Shown piece by piece: positions 48,338 through 61,841 of a stretch of 64,000 nt of DNA. Both the position numbers and the translations under genes were made by a program. The DNA lies in NCBI GenBank assembly GCA_051294375.1, contig CM119270.1, positions 11,972,416-12,036,415 of the forward strand. The letters run 5' to 3'. Source of the DNA: Paraspadella gotoi. Lineage: Eukaryota > Animalia > Chaetognatha. Under the pieces are notes generated by a model that did not search any database, was not told the origin of the DNA, and saw nothing but the letters and a program-made list of their open reading frames with translations. Position 1 is the first letter of the stretch. Each line of letters starts with the position of its first letter.

Positions 48338-48382
<45 letters not shown>

Positions 48383-48972
48383 GAGAGAGAAGAGAGAAGA
48401 GAGAGAGAAGGAGAGAGAAAGAGAGATTCAGTTAGGCATATAATATATAAACTTATGTATTTAAGATTCGTTTCAAATTGAACAATCATAACGTAAAAAA
48501 TCATGAACTAACAAACTAACAAACAAAAACAGAGACGAATGAAATGCGAGACGAACAGACAGACTAACCGACGCGTGATTACCTGAGGCGGCGTAAAGAA
48601 TGTGACTCGGAGGACCCACTTTCCATTTCGTGTCGTGACGCTTCATGACGCGGGACGCAGCCTCGTTCGCTACAGCGATCAGATCCTGAAAGGGGGGATA
48701 TGGAGAGGGGCGGTATTATGAAAAAGAGAGAGCGGGAAAGGCAGAGGAGAATAAAGAGCATATATAAGAAGGTGAATTTTGAAAATGGCGCGGGGTGAAG
48801 TAGCGATAGAAACGAAGGGCGAGACTGAAGGCTAATGTTGTCTTCTTTTTGACGCAAAGACAAAAACGAGAGCGCCGGCGAAAATACAGAAACAAAAGAG
48901 CAAAACAAAAACAAAAAACAACAAATTCGAAGACTCGTTGAGCCGAGGAGAAGAGGCTCGACGTATTTTGCT

Positions 48973-49007
<35 letters not shown>

Positions 49008-50160
49008 CTCACGTCGTAATCTTCCGGCAATTCCTTAGTGTAAGCCCACGGAGTCAACCACAACTGAGAGAATGAGTGAAAAGAGATATAAGCTTTGAGT
49101 TCGTCCCTCAACGAGAGAATCGTCTCAGCCGTTGATCTCGTCGAAGCCTCTGGAAAAGAAGGAGTGGGTGGGTTTGCAGGTGAGGTTAAGACCTTAAAGA
49201 GGGTGAGTGAATTAAACAAAAAACAATAGAGCAAATTACCGATAAAATTAATTTTTCTGACGAAAAATTAACTAAATTAAAGTAAAAAATTACAAATTAC
49301 AAAGAACTCAAGATAAAAAAAACTCAAAATAAAAACCAAAACAATGGCTAGACCCCTTAAATGCCCTTATATACCCAACCGACCAGAAAATGCGTAAGGA
49401 CCCGGGTAAACGTCAAAACACGGGTTCTTCCCGACGCCGCTAGTCCCGAAATGCGCGTCCCAGTTCCGGTTCGGGTCGGCGCCGGGACAAAAGGAATTGT
49501 GGGGCGTCACGGTTTTACGCCACATCCGGTCTTTGGAGAAAGTGACCTCGTAGCCGTCGGGGTTAAGAACGGGGATGATGTACCTGAAAGTGATTGGATT
49601 GGATTGATTTATTGATTTAATTAGTTGATACATTGAATGTTTGATGAAAAATAATCCCCATTTTCCTCACCACACCATATCCGTGGTGAGTTTCACCACG
49701 GCGGGATCCTCGCTGTTCAACAGCAGATCGATGATGTAGATGCTCGAGGCTGTAGACACCCATTCCCTCGCGTGGGTGCCGGCGTCCATCCAGAAGGCGG
49801 GTTTTCCGAGGGCGGAAGTGCCGATCTGGGGAAAGAAAGAAGGATAGCGGAGAAAGGAAAAGTATCTAAGAAAAGTGTCGCTGTGTCAGAAGCTTTTAAC
49901 TATCCATCGTTGAGACGACCTTGATCCCTTTCAACGGATTCCCCAGGTAAGAGTTCCCGGCGGAGAATGGAAAGGCTCGTCCGGGATGCTTCTCCACCAA
50001 CTCGTCCAGCCATTTGTAGATCTCCCACAGTCGAGGATATCTACCGACGATCGTGTCCGTGAGAGAGTAGGTGGCGGCGAGGTTGGATAACTCCTGGCAG
50101 GTGGGGTGAGTGAAAACGAAATAAATAAATAAATAAATTAATAAATAAATAAATATAGAT

Positions 50161-50215
<55 letters not shown>

Positions 50216-53200
50216 AAAAAGAAAAGAAAATTACTTGAAACTGGATCGCCTCCTGCAAATTCCCGATGACCTCGTCCACCTTCAGCCCTTCTCTCTCCAG
50301 TCGCCCGACGACGGCGTCGACGACCGACTCGGCGGCGCGGAACCCAACCTCCGCCTCCACGGCCACGGGTTCCCGCCAAAAGTCGAGGAGGAGAGCTTCG
50401 TCAAGGAGTAGGTCCTTTTGAGAGAAGGGGGAATGATAGGGGGTGAGGGGAAGAAGGAGATGAGGGAGGAAGAAGGGAAGGAGGGGAAGGGGCAGAAGCA
50501 GGGGGAAGGGAAGAATTGAGAGAAAAATTAAAAGGAAAGGAGGGAGAGGAGGGGCATTTGAAAGGTGGTAGAGAGAGAGAAGTTGAGGGGAGGAAAGGAA
50601 TGGAATGGAAGTGGAAATGGAAAATTGAGGAGTCGGAAAAGAGAGAAAGGGAGAGGAATCAGGAGCGGGAGCAAAAGGTGAAAGTGGGAAATAAATATTG
50701 TCTACGAAGTCGTTGGAAAACATTTATGAGTATGAATGGCTTTAAAATAGTGGATCGCTCGGGAGATGGAGGGAGGTTAAGGTTTGAGAACAAAGAGAGA
50801 GAAGCGAAAGACAAAAGCGGAAAGAATCCGAGGACGAAATGGAAACGGATACAAAATACTTTTCGAGCTCAAAATAACAAAATGAAACGGAAAACGATTT
50901 CGCCGATTCCTGTTTTCGCTGACTCGTCATGACGTCGCCACGCCGCCCAAAACAACGAAATCGATTATGACAATCGACGTTTTTTCGCGCGAGATGGACG
51001 ACAACGACGACGACAACTACGACGACCACGATAGGGACCAAGGGACGCCATAGTCGGACCTCAGTTTGCGTGTACGTGTCCCCGAGAAATCGGGTTCCCG
51101 GTCGACCGTTGACTAGTGATCTCTTTTATTTTAACCTCTGCACGAGATTTCTTTAATTTAGCTGTTTAATTGATTTTAAATATATTTTGTTAAAAAAACG
51201 AATAGTGCTTTAAGGGATTCCGACTTGGCAAACACGAAGACCACAGCTATGAAAACAACGACAACAACAACAATAACAAAAAAAATATAAACGGTCACAA
51301 CGACAACAACCAACTACATCCAAAGAGAGCCTCCTCTTGTCCGCACGACAAAGCGACACCAACCCTGACACGCATTCCCTTTCCCTTTTGTCCGAGCGAA
51401 TTTCGTCCGTCGCCAGAATCCCGTTTTTACGACTTCAAACTCGATCGGTTCGTGTCGCTACAGTACGGAGCGACCAGAAGTTACAGTGGGACCTCATTAT
51501 CTCAAGACAAGAATTGACGGGAAGACCTCGGTTAATTCGCTAAGACAAAGGATATATTGCGTCGTCGCTGGAAAACGAGTAAAAGATTGAGACAACGAAA
51601 TAACCAGTTTTGTTGGATCTGGCGATTTTATTTCGACGCGCTGATATTTATTGCTTATCTCTTCGCCAAAGGATTTGAAAAAAAAATCACATTCAAGAAA
51701 GGAGCTAAAAATAATTATTCAATCATAATACCTCGACCGATGAATTTCAAAACGTAATGACAACGTAATATCTATTTTTACCCACTTTCGGCGTCAGTTT
51801 ACGACCGATATCGAATACTAATCAATTTAATTAATTAATTAATGTACGACTAATTTGTTGCGCAAAATTAGTTCCCGGATTCGGCGAATGTTCGATTTGT
51901 GACAAGAAACTTTTTTCAGTTTAGATGGATGACAAAAAACAGTAAAAGATTAGCTATGAAAGGTTACGGTGTGTCATGATCTGAACCACGTGACGTGAAC
52001 TCCTCCTGCCACGAGACCAATTAAATGAATGAGTAATTCTATTAAAGAGAGACCGATTTTTATAGTGGGAGATTCGGGTCTAAATTAATGGTAGCGATAA
52101 ACGGAAAAAAATATTCTCGCGATAATCCTTAAATTAAAGCTTAATTCAACTTTACAACGTATATAAACTAAAAATAGCAACGAAAAAAATAAAAGAAAAC
52201 AAAAAAAAGACGAATAAAAGAAACGAAAAACTAAAACAAACAAATAAGATTAAACAATTAAAATTGAAAAAATACAAAAAACAAAAAAACAAAAAAAACA
52301 AAAAACAAAAAAACAATAAAAAAAAATCGAAAAAGAAACGCCAACCTCACTTTACTTAAAATCAAATTAAACAATGCTACTCTGGACATATCTTCTACCT
52401 CTCCTTTCCCTCGTCTTTCCTTCCAACCTCCTTTTCCTCCCTTCCGTCAAATCTACTTCCCCCCTCACTCTCCCTCTCCTCTCCCTCTTCCTCCTTCCCT
52501 CCATCCCTCTCTCCTCCGCCAACATCTTCGCGCCCCCGAGCGCCTTCTCCCTCCGAACGACGATGAGTCGCGGCGCCGATAAACGGCTGCGGCGCTGGGT
52601 TCGCAAAGGCGCCAAGATGCGCGTGGACATCTTCTTGCGCTGGGGGAAGGAGTTGGGGATGCCGGAGGAGGCCGAGAGGTGCCGTCACGGGAGGGTTCGT
52701 GGAAGAACGTTTTTAGGTCAGTAAAAAAGAAATATTAGTATGAAATACTCGTCTCTGCTCAATATAACATTAGGCTCAAACATATATTGGTTGTACTAAT
52801 GTCATAAGATAATTTTAGTAGTTCATTATTAACCTTAAAATTCATCAGCTCCTCCGGGACCAGATTCAGCTGATGAAATCTATCGACAGACAGACAACGA
52901 TTTACAAAAAAACGTGACTCATTCTGTCTCAGCTGTAACTTTGACTCAACGTCTTTTAAATCCTTTACATGACTGAGTAAAGTGGGAATTATAAAAACAT
53001 GTCATCATTCTAAATATTGTGTCCACATAATATTTTTTAGACTTTATTTAAATTTACAACTAATAAATAATTTGATTATTCATTCCCTCAAGAAAACCCG
53101 AACGCGACAGAAACCGAGCCAGTCACTTCTCCCTCGCGCCTCCCTCTCCCGCCACTCGCTCGCCCCTTCCGCTCCTCGGCCAGACACGCCCATCTCATCG

Positions 53201-54027
53201 TCGACTTTTGCCGCTTTCACTGGCGGCGCCGCGACGCCGTGGACGTCTTCGGCGAGGCGGGCGACTTCCGGTCCGACGTCTACTCTCTCGGCGTCGTCGG
53301 CCTCGCATCGGCGCGCGTCGAGATCGGCGTCGATTTTGACTCCGGCGTCTCGGCCGCCGATCGGCGCAGATTCCGGGAATGTCGCCAGTTGCCGGAAAAG
53401 CTGGAGGAGGCGGCGGCGGTGGTCAAGTGGACGGTGGACGAGATCGTCAAGGATGTGGAAGAGAATGACGACGATGACGACGACGACGACAAAGGAGGAC
53501 TTCTTTCTAACTTCCCTCCGCCCAAACCGGTCGACCCGCCTCTTCCCTCTCCGCCCCTTCCTTCCGACAATGTCTCCGCCTGCGAGCCTCCATCGCCTCC
53601 ACGCCCACCCCTGGCCCTCTCGCCCGGACTCAATCCCGACAGCGTCCTCTGCTTCGTCGCCCTACGACCGGACGATCCTCTCCAGCAGGAATACCTCGAG
53701 ACTCCGGAGTCTGAACCCATCGTCGGAGACGCTTATCGTTTGGCCGACATCTGCGTCGGCTTCGGAACTAGGCTGCGCGATGAGAGGGCGGCGGAGAAGA
53801 AGGAAGCGGCGACGGATCAGCGGCCGTGGGCGGCGTCTGAGGCTGCGCTGCGCCGGCGAGCGGCGGCGAGATTTGAAACTTCGGTTAACGTTTTTCGATT
53901 CTGCTTTTTGATCTTCACTCTCGCTTTCGCGCCGCTTATTTTCCTCAAGGTAGAGTCGTGGTGAAAGGGAGAGAGAGACAGAGAGAGAGAGACAGACAGA
54001 GAGAGAGAGAGACAGAGAGAGAGAGAA

Positions 54028-54063
<36 letters not shown>

Positions 54064-57000
54064 TCAATAAGATGAAGCTTCCAACAAAGGGTTGAGGGAA
54101 AGTTTACTACAGGAGGACAGCTAAGACAGCTGAAGTTTTAGGTCAGATTGAAGAATACAGGAGGGAAAAGAAAATGAAAGGTCAAGTCTCAAGGGATGTA
54201 TATGTACATGCAAATTAAAAACTAAATTCGTTGCGAAAACCAATCTTTTCTCTTGTTTAAGAATATTCATTGAAAATTGTTATCATCATTCGCCTCCTCT
54301 TCAGGTTTATCCCAGCAGCCAGGAGCTGCGAAGATTTCGTCGGGCAGATCGAATGCGCGTCAACGACGACGACGACGAAAACGTGGAGAATCTCGACGAG
54401 GAGAGGTGGGTTCGAGTGGAGGCCGGAAAGCTTCGTCAAAATGCAGCGAATCTCGAAGAGAGACTCTCAGGAACGCACTCTAGTCAAAATAAGGAAGCAA
54501 CGAGTGGAATAAGTCTTCCAGGAAAAGAAATGGATCCCAACGACGCCCCGATCGACGCCTCTTTGCTGCAAAACGGTGCCGTTTCAAACGCAAGGTGAGA
54601 TTCTCGACTACTGTGCTTATTTGCTACGATGTCATTCTCCCATTTTAGTTGATAAAACCATCCGCCACAAATTAGTAAAACAATCTTCTTTTATTTAAGG
54701 TCCATTATGCGCCCGACTTCAGTTCGTGACGCTACTGACGACGCCGCAGCCGCCGACCTCGCCGCCGATTCCCCCGACGTACTTCCCGTACGGCGCCGGG
54801 TCCGCACCTCGGCGACTCAACGCGCGCGCAAATCACTTCGCTCTTTTTTTCATTTCGATTTCGAGACGGACGACGACGATGATGACGACGATCGCATTTT
54901 CGTCGCCATTGACGACCGGGCCCCCTCGGTTTCGCCGTTGGCCTTGCTCTCCGCGGAACCCGCCTTCGGTCATCCTTGCGTCAACTCGTTCGTCTCGTGG
55001 CTCCGACGATGGGCGCTCATCGTTTTGGCGTCCGGTCACGGTCCGTTCTTGATGGCGTACATGGATTCCCACGTGTACCCGGTGCTCGTGGATACGATGA
55101 TGGCGTTTCGGTAATCGATTTGTTGCAAATAATCCATTGTTTCTCAAGTTAGGATTTTCTTAAAGCATTAGTTGATAGCAAGTCTTCATTTAAGTTAGAC
55201 TTAGCAAATTAATTCGCTTTATAATCCCGAGTATTAATAACTATATCTTATAATACTATCCTCTCCTATTTTTATAATCCTTTTTCCTTCCCAGCGTCGA
55301 ACACAACGTGACAGTCTCCGATTTGTCCTACTGGAACTTCTTCGCCTACAACAGATGGAACTGCTTCTTCATGTTCATCTTCCTCTACTGGAACATCAAC
55401 GTGGCCGCTCTCGCCGTCCCCGCGGTCACCAAACACTTCGTCGAGTCCTGCTACTATTCCCATCACTTCGGTCTCCATCGCCTGAACGACGACTTCGTTC
55501 CCCATCACCTGGAGAGCCTGGACGGTCTAACTCGTGTAAGTCGCGGCCTGGCGATTCGCCTGGGCCTGCCGTATCGACGAGACTTTTGGCGTTTCGTCTG
55601 GGGTCGTCTGCGAAAAGATTGGAGCAAAGCGCGAATCTTCATGATCCTGCTCAGTCCGTTTTCGATCTCCGCGGGGCTTTTGAGCACTCTGCCCATTTTC
55701 GCTCTTTTCCCCAATCACCCCTTCGGCGCGGAACTGCCCGGGGGTGGAGGGTGTGGCTCGAGGCTCTCCAACGTCGCGCGACGAATCTTCGCTTTCGTCG
55801 TTTACCTTTGGAAACTGAGCCTCTTCGTCATCCACGTCTTCCTCCTCTACCTCACCCTCTCCATCTACTTCGAATTCCTCGTCCACACCCTGACGGCGAC
55901 CATCCAACACTTCGAACTTACCCTCAACGTCCTCGGAGTCATCGTCGGGTTCTTCACCTTTCTCTGGCGAATCAAATCGCGAGCGAGGAACAAGTATCTC
56001 TCTCTGCAACTCTCGGTGCTGCAGACGGCGAGGGAGATTGACGAAAACGAAGAGGACAACGACCAGGGGTGAGCCAGTCGTTTTTCTATTTACTGTTTTA
56101 AGTTGTTTTTTTATTTTAAATATTATTTATTTATATATATATAAGATCGATATAAAAAAAACGTGGTTCGAAAGAGAGACGAAAATCTCATAGAATGCGA
56201 TTTTTTTTAAATTTTGTGATTTTTGTAACTTCTTTACCAAAAAAAGTTTATATTTATATCTACAGAACGACGGGACAACAAAAACGCCGCGCCCTCGTCC
56301 GTTACTGCCCTCAAGGCACTCCCTATATCCCCAAAGCACTCCACAAACTTATCGTCCACGAGATGTGCCATCCGGGGCTGGAACGATTCAAATTCGCCCT
56401 CAAATTGGCGGGCATGGCGACGCTGGTGTGGTACGTCGACGCCGTCGTCAAAGTGTCCAATTTGGACGGAGAGTTGACGGCCTTCGGGGCGGCGCAGGCC
56501 ATCGTCACTCTCGCCGTCGTCGTCGTACCTTCGGTTCTTGCCGGGTTTCGATCCGAGGAGGAGAAGGCTTTCGCCGAGGAGCAGAGGCGATGCAAAATCA
56601 AGGCTTTGATCGGGAAGTTCTTGGAGGAACATCCCGCGGCCGCGAGTACTCCAGTGAGAAAGAGAAATGATAAGGCTGGGCATTGATGGGGGGGAAGCTT
56701 GTGTTGATATTCGAAAACTAATTATGGGATTCAGTTAATATTTGTTATAATAAATGTAAGTTTCAATTATCACAGAGTTCAGTTTTAAAAACGCAACAAA
56801 AATTTATTCTGGTGGAAGGATGAACGATTTTAGAAAAAACATTCGTTGCTATTGTTTGTAACTTACATGAATTCGTTAACTATTTTATCACTAATTCTCA
56901 GTTTTTGTAACTTTTACTGTACTTAATAACAAGTTTGATTTGTCTCTCGATTTTTAATTTGATTCCAATATAATTGATCTCGGGTGACGATCGATACGGA

Positions 57001-57201
57001 AAAAAAAAAATTATTCAATAAAGAAACGAAAAGTGCATTGAAAGTTGACTGTTGAAAAACCCAACTGACCTGCAGAACTTGTAGTTGCCGTTCGTCTTTG
57101 GGCGTGACGCTAAATACTTTGTCCCCATCATATTTCACTCGTTTCTCCGGTCGGGCAAGGCACGAGACAATGCCGAACGCGCAAAGTATAAGTAATCTCA
57201 T
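47327..57201 (-). CDS. Zinc carboxypeptidase A/B-like (M14A) preproenzyme. Exons 57070-57201, 50235-50414, 49920-50093, 49671-49825, 49384-49583, 49013-49149, 48583-48685, 47327-47517
   Basis: Signal peptide MRLLILCAFGIVSCLA; prodomain KYDGDKV...LDFW; DAGTHAREW; NPDGYE...RMWRK...GADPNRNW; SFHSFSQ; YAASGGAFDW; FTIECR. All splice phases are consistent. Confidence 0.93.
47959..48001. repeat. 11-bp tandem repeat (TGTCATGAGCT) x4
   Basis: Direct inspection. Confidence 0.9.
52374..56686 (+). CDS. Uncharacterised multipass membrane protein nested antisense in carboxypeptidase intron 1. Exons approx 52374-52716, 53092-53949, 54305-54594, 54700-55110, 55295-56068, 56266-56686
   Basis: Six GC-rich exons join in phase with GT-AG sites. 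There is a hydrophobic N-terminus and multiple TM-like stretches (FCFLIFTLAFAPLIFL; FAFVVYLWKLSLFVIHVFLLYLTLSIYF; LNVLGVIVGFFTFLW; AIVTLAVVVVPSVL). The family is not recognised. Confidence 0.8.
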
Positions 57202-58135
57202 GTTAAGGAATCGGTTCAATTTTTAAGACTAATCGGTATCATTACGACCAAGCTAGAAATTCCAACCAGGATTCCGGTATCTTCATTTTTGATTTGACTA
57301 ACATATGTTTTTTGATAAAGTCACCAGCCGTTGAAAATACACAAAAAAAAAAAAAAAATAACTCGGAGAGTTTTTAACTACGTAAATTCTTTTTGAAATT
57401 GTGCTAACAATAACAATATCTTTGAATTCGGCTTTCAATATATGTATTTTAAAAATTTTTTATGTCATATTATTGACATTATTGTAACAAGGTAAATTCT
57501 ACGCAAAACGAAAAACCTAAAATATTATAAACTGACAATCAAGCGAACTTTTTCATATAAATAGACAAAACCAGCACTGCAGTGAAAATGAAGTACTTTT
57601 CATTTCTTGATTATGTAAGCGGGTTTTTAGCCTTGAATGTAATATGATCATATGATATCACAGTGTAACACAAATCCCAACACATAACAGCATTACTCAA
57701 TAATCATACAGTATTTCAAAACTTTAAATATAGAACATGAAGGTTGATGAAGAAATTTTTTGTTACGAAGATAAAAAATATATATACTGTTTACAATATA
57801 CATATTTATATATTAATGGTACAAAATTATTTATTACCTGAGGAGCGTTTTTTCAGCTAATGACCATGAAAATTTTTTTTATTAGAAAAACTTCTTTTAA
57901 CGATGTTAATAGATGCAAATAAAAACAAACAAACAATAGAGATTTAAAAAAATAATCATGAAACTTTACCAAGCCTTATTGATTTTTATTTCGGCAACGT
58001 ATTCTTCCCAAATTCTACAGAAGAAAATGATTTTGAATAAATTCTGAGGTAAGGCACTGGAAATGCTCTTTGTATAAAGAGTAAGTAATATTTTTTTACA
58101 CTATGATTATTTGGCCTTGACGGGACTTTTGGGCT

Positions 58136-61100
58136 TCAGATCGGCGGCTGTCCATCCGGGTATCTCAGCTGCGGAAGGAGACTCCACCTAAATCTGTTTT
58201 GACGGCTGCAGCAGTCTGGACGCAGCAACAAACCGCAGCTCAACAGCAGGAACGCCAGACTGCAGCAAACGAAGAGCAAACTGAAAGGGGGAAGTCTGAA
58301 GGCGAATGGAAGGAAATTTGAGATGGAGGGAATGAAGGAGGAGAAGGGTAGGGAAAGGAAGTTTCGACGGGTGGAGGGAAGGTCGCTGGATGTTCGAGAG
58401 AAGCGGCTGCTTTGAGTGAGATTGCTGCAGTGGTTGCGACAAGGACTGTAAAGAAAAAAGTGAGATAATAATGACGATTCATAGGTAAATGAAATTGTTA
58501 ATATTTAAATTACCATAAATCGTGATGAAGCAACAATCTCATAGATGCGACTTGATTATTGTTTTCATCATCGTCGTCGTCGGCGCCATGATTGTCTTCG
58601 ATGTCGTTTTGAATTCTATTACTTCGTTGCGATTCTTTTTCTTCTTCCATCGTTATATCTTTTAACACTATCCTCTTCAATTGATCCATTTCTTCCTCCG
58701 CTTGTTCCAAATTTACGCGTAAATGATCCGGAAAAATTTCATCTTTGTTTTCGATCGTCAGATGTTGCAGGAGTTTCTGAATCTTTGGAGAAAATGTAAA
58801 AAATTAATTAGCTTAAATTTGCAATCATAAGTTAAGACATAACTAGCTATATTTCAGATCAGCGCCTTCTAACCTTTTGTTTCATCATAGTCGCATCCTC
58901 GGCCAGCATTTCCCGATCGTCCCAAGAGAGGTCCGCGCAGTTCGCGAAAGATTCTATTCTTTTTTTCAACAAAAGAGCATCTTTCTCGACTCCCAAAATT
59001 TCACCCCTTTTCTCGAGAAGACGCGAAACCTTCTCAATTCGCTCGTCCAAAGAGGATTCGAGATTGGACATCCCGTCTATGAGTCGAGAGGCTCGTCGTC
59101 GTAAGCGACAGATGTCGAAGCGGGGATTCTCTTCGCCGAATGTCTGTAGAACGTTTAGAGGGAAATGACACTAAATATTACATTACTTTTTGTTTTTGAA
59201 AAGCAACTAAAAATTTCGGTTGCTCACCTTCAGCTCGGCTTCGATGTTGCCTATTCGTCGAATTCGATCGACGACGTCATCCCGTCGACCAATCAGCGCT
59301 CGAGAAACACGGGCAAAGGCGGTGGGGCGATACTCGAGCGGATTGAGTTCGGAAAGACCGCGCCTGAGATCGTCACAAGAATTTTCGAGAGACTGAAGAG
59401 CTAGTCGAAGATCCTGAAGGTGTTAAAACATATTCGTATATTTAAAAAATATAATTAAATATTTCTGAGCAATTGTCGTCGTTGTTCTCACCCTAATCTT
59501 CGCCGCTTGGTCCCTCTGAAAAGCAGCGACGGCCATGACGTCTTCCCAGGAGTCGACGAGCCTTTCCATCGCCTCCAACTCTTCCCTCATCTCGTCGCTG
59601 GATGCGAGGCGTCGCCGGAGACCCTTGGCGACGGCGACGAGGCAGGCGGCGTTGGTGGAACACGTCGCCAGGAGGTCATTGTACTTGGAGGGACGTTGGA
59701 CGGAGCCTTCGCCAGAGAAGGCCGTCTTGAAGTGGACGAGAGCTGCTTTGGTTAACTGAGAAAAAAAGAGAGAGGGATGGTGAAAGGGAAAGAGAATGAG
59801 AGAGAGAAATAAAAAGAAAGAGAGAGAAGAAATGAGAAAAAGTAGTGATGAGCACTGAGCATTTTATTTCATTTTTGTTTCATTATTCAATTTTAATAAT
59901 TCTCTCATCTTATTTTTTAATCATTTCCATGTTTACTTATAAAATATACTGACCTGCAATTGACCTCGAGATTCCCTGATGACGTGATGCACGTCTTCGA
60001 CATCAGAATCCGTGTCCAGCGCAGCAGCTCTCCTTGTGCGCAGTGTTCTCCGCTTCTGCGGCGGCGTTTTCGTCGCTCTCAAAGCCTCCGTCGACGGAGG
60101 TCGTTCCCAGTCGCTCTCCAGATCTTCCATGCAGTCGCGATGGAATTCTAAGGTCTTATCGAACTCGCTCTCCAAGAACTTGTTTGGCGTGGAATGCATC
60201 GCCGCGCCCTCTTTCAAAAAGGAGACAAACGCCTCTTGGTGGACGGGCGACGGAGAAACCGACGGGAAAAAGGTTCCCGATTTCTCTGCGACGGGCTGGG
60301 GTAGTTCGGGTTCCTTTAATTGGAAAGGATGGTCGAGGAACGATCGACGCGTCGGCGTCCACATCTCGATCGGTTCGACGCTTCGAATCCTCTCCACTTC
60401 CTTCGGACTTCGCAGAGTCGCGTCGAACGGCTCGTCGAGGATCTCCGTCGGACTCAAGGGCGACGCCAAAGATCCTTTCCTTCCCTCGCTCCCGAATCCT
60501 GTGTCCGAGGATTCAAATTCGCCCTCGGAACTGCTCGTCGCCAGTGACGGCAGAGTCGGCGGCGGCTCTTGCACGTGTGTTGGAGAATGTCTATTGGCTT
60601 CGGTAAAGATCTCTTTATCTGTAGCTTCTCTTTCGCCGGTAGAATCGCCGCCTTCGTCGAATCCCCTGCCACCTCCTTTAAACATCCTGTCAACCTCCAA
60701 TCCCTTCAAACCGGAAGCAAAGGCGCCGACATCTAGCTCCACTTGGTCGACGCATCTTCGCCCCAGATCTTCGAGCAGGACGACCCATTCCATCGAGAGT
60801 AGGCGCATCTCGTGGCACTTCTTTAGCAGCACGCGCATAGTGGAGAGGAGATCTTCGGGCGAAGGGCCGAAGTCGAAGAATCGAAGAGCGTGTGGACGAT
60901 CCATTCCGACATTTGAGTCAATGCTTTGATGGCCGTTATCGTCCTTCGAAAGTTTTTGCACGTTTCCCGAATCTTTTGGAAGCTTAAAAGATTTTCTCAA
61001 GTCTGTCTTCGATCCTCCATTCTTTTCCTCAATCGCTTCTTCGTTCCATTTTAAGTTTTCGATATCCTCTGACTCTTCCTCAACTCCCTCGCGATCCTCT

Positions 61101-61794
61101 TCCTCATCCTCCATCAAATCCTCCAACGCCTCCTCGATCCTCTTCAGATTCGCCTCTTGCGCCCGAATTTGTGTCTGCAGGGATTCCTGCGCCGCGATCT
61201 CTGTGCACAAGTCCGTCGATTTCCACGGCGCCGCGACAGTCTCCGTCACGCGAATTGGGCGCAACTTTCTGTCGGGGGAAGATCGGAAATTATAACCAAT
61301 TAACCATGTATTAGAATAAATAATGAGAAAATTATGTATATTTAACTATTTTCGTATTCTTCCCTTTTTTTTAACTTCATAATTTATTATCTCTTTCCAT
61401 TTTTCTTCCTCTTCCTCTCCTCTCCAATATTTTTTTCCTTCAATTTTTCTTTAATCCCTTTTTTCTTTAATTCTTTCTTTTTACTTTCACGTCCATCATT
61501 TTTTCAATCCTTCATTCAATATTTATTTCATTTCTTCTTTGATTGATTTTGCCTTTTGTTATTATTTTTTTATTTCATTTTTTTTCATCACCTCCGAAGA
61601 GAAGAGAGATGCAGCGCGACGAGGCTCAAGTCTTCGGCGAGCGATTGCAAAGGAGTTCTTGATGAAGAGGAGGCGTCGAGGGGAGACGCGGGATGAGGAG
61701 AGACTTGGAAGCTTCGTCCGTGGTGGCAGCGATGGTGGAGCGGGCCGTCAGGGTCGATTTCGAGCTGAGGAGATGGCAAGGACAGAGAGAGAGA

Positions 61795-61841
<47 letters not shown>

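Noticed and set aside
52838-52905. CTGATGA within the inverted repeat TTCATCAGCT/AGCTGATGAA, a possible hammerhead ribozyme
   Set aside because: No correctly placed GAAA or stem III/NUH on either strand.
59960-60929. Plus-strand ORFs of up to 305 aa, and similar antisense ORFs over pol
   Set aside because: They are antisense shadows of the real coding exons.
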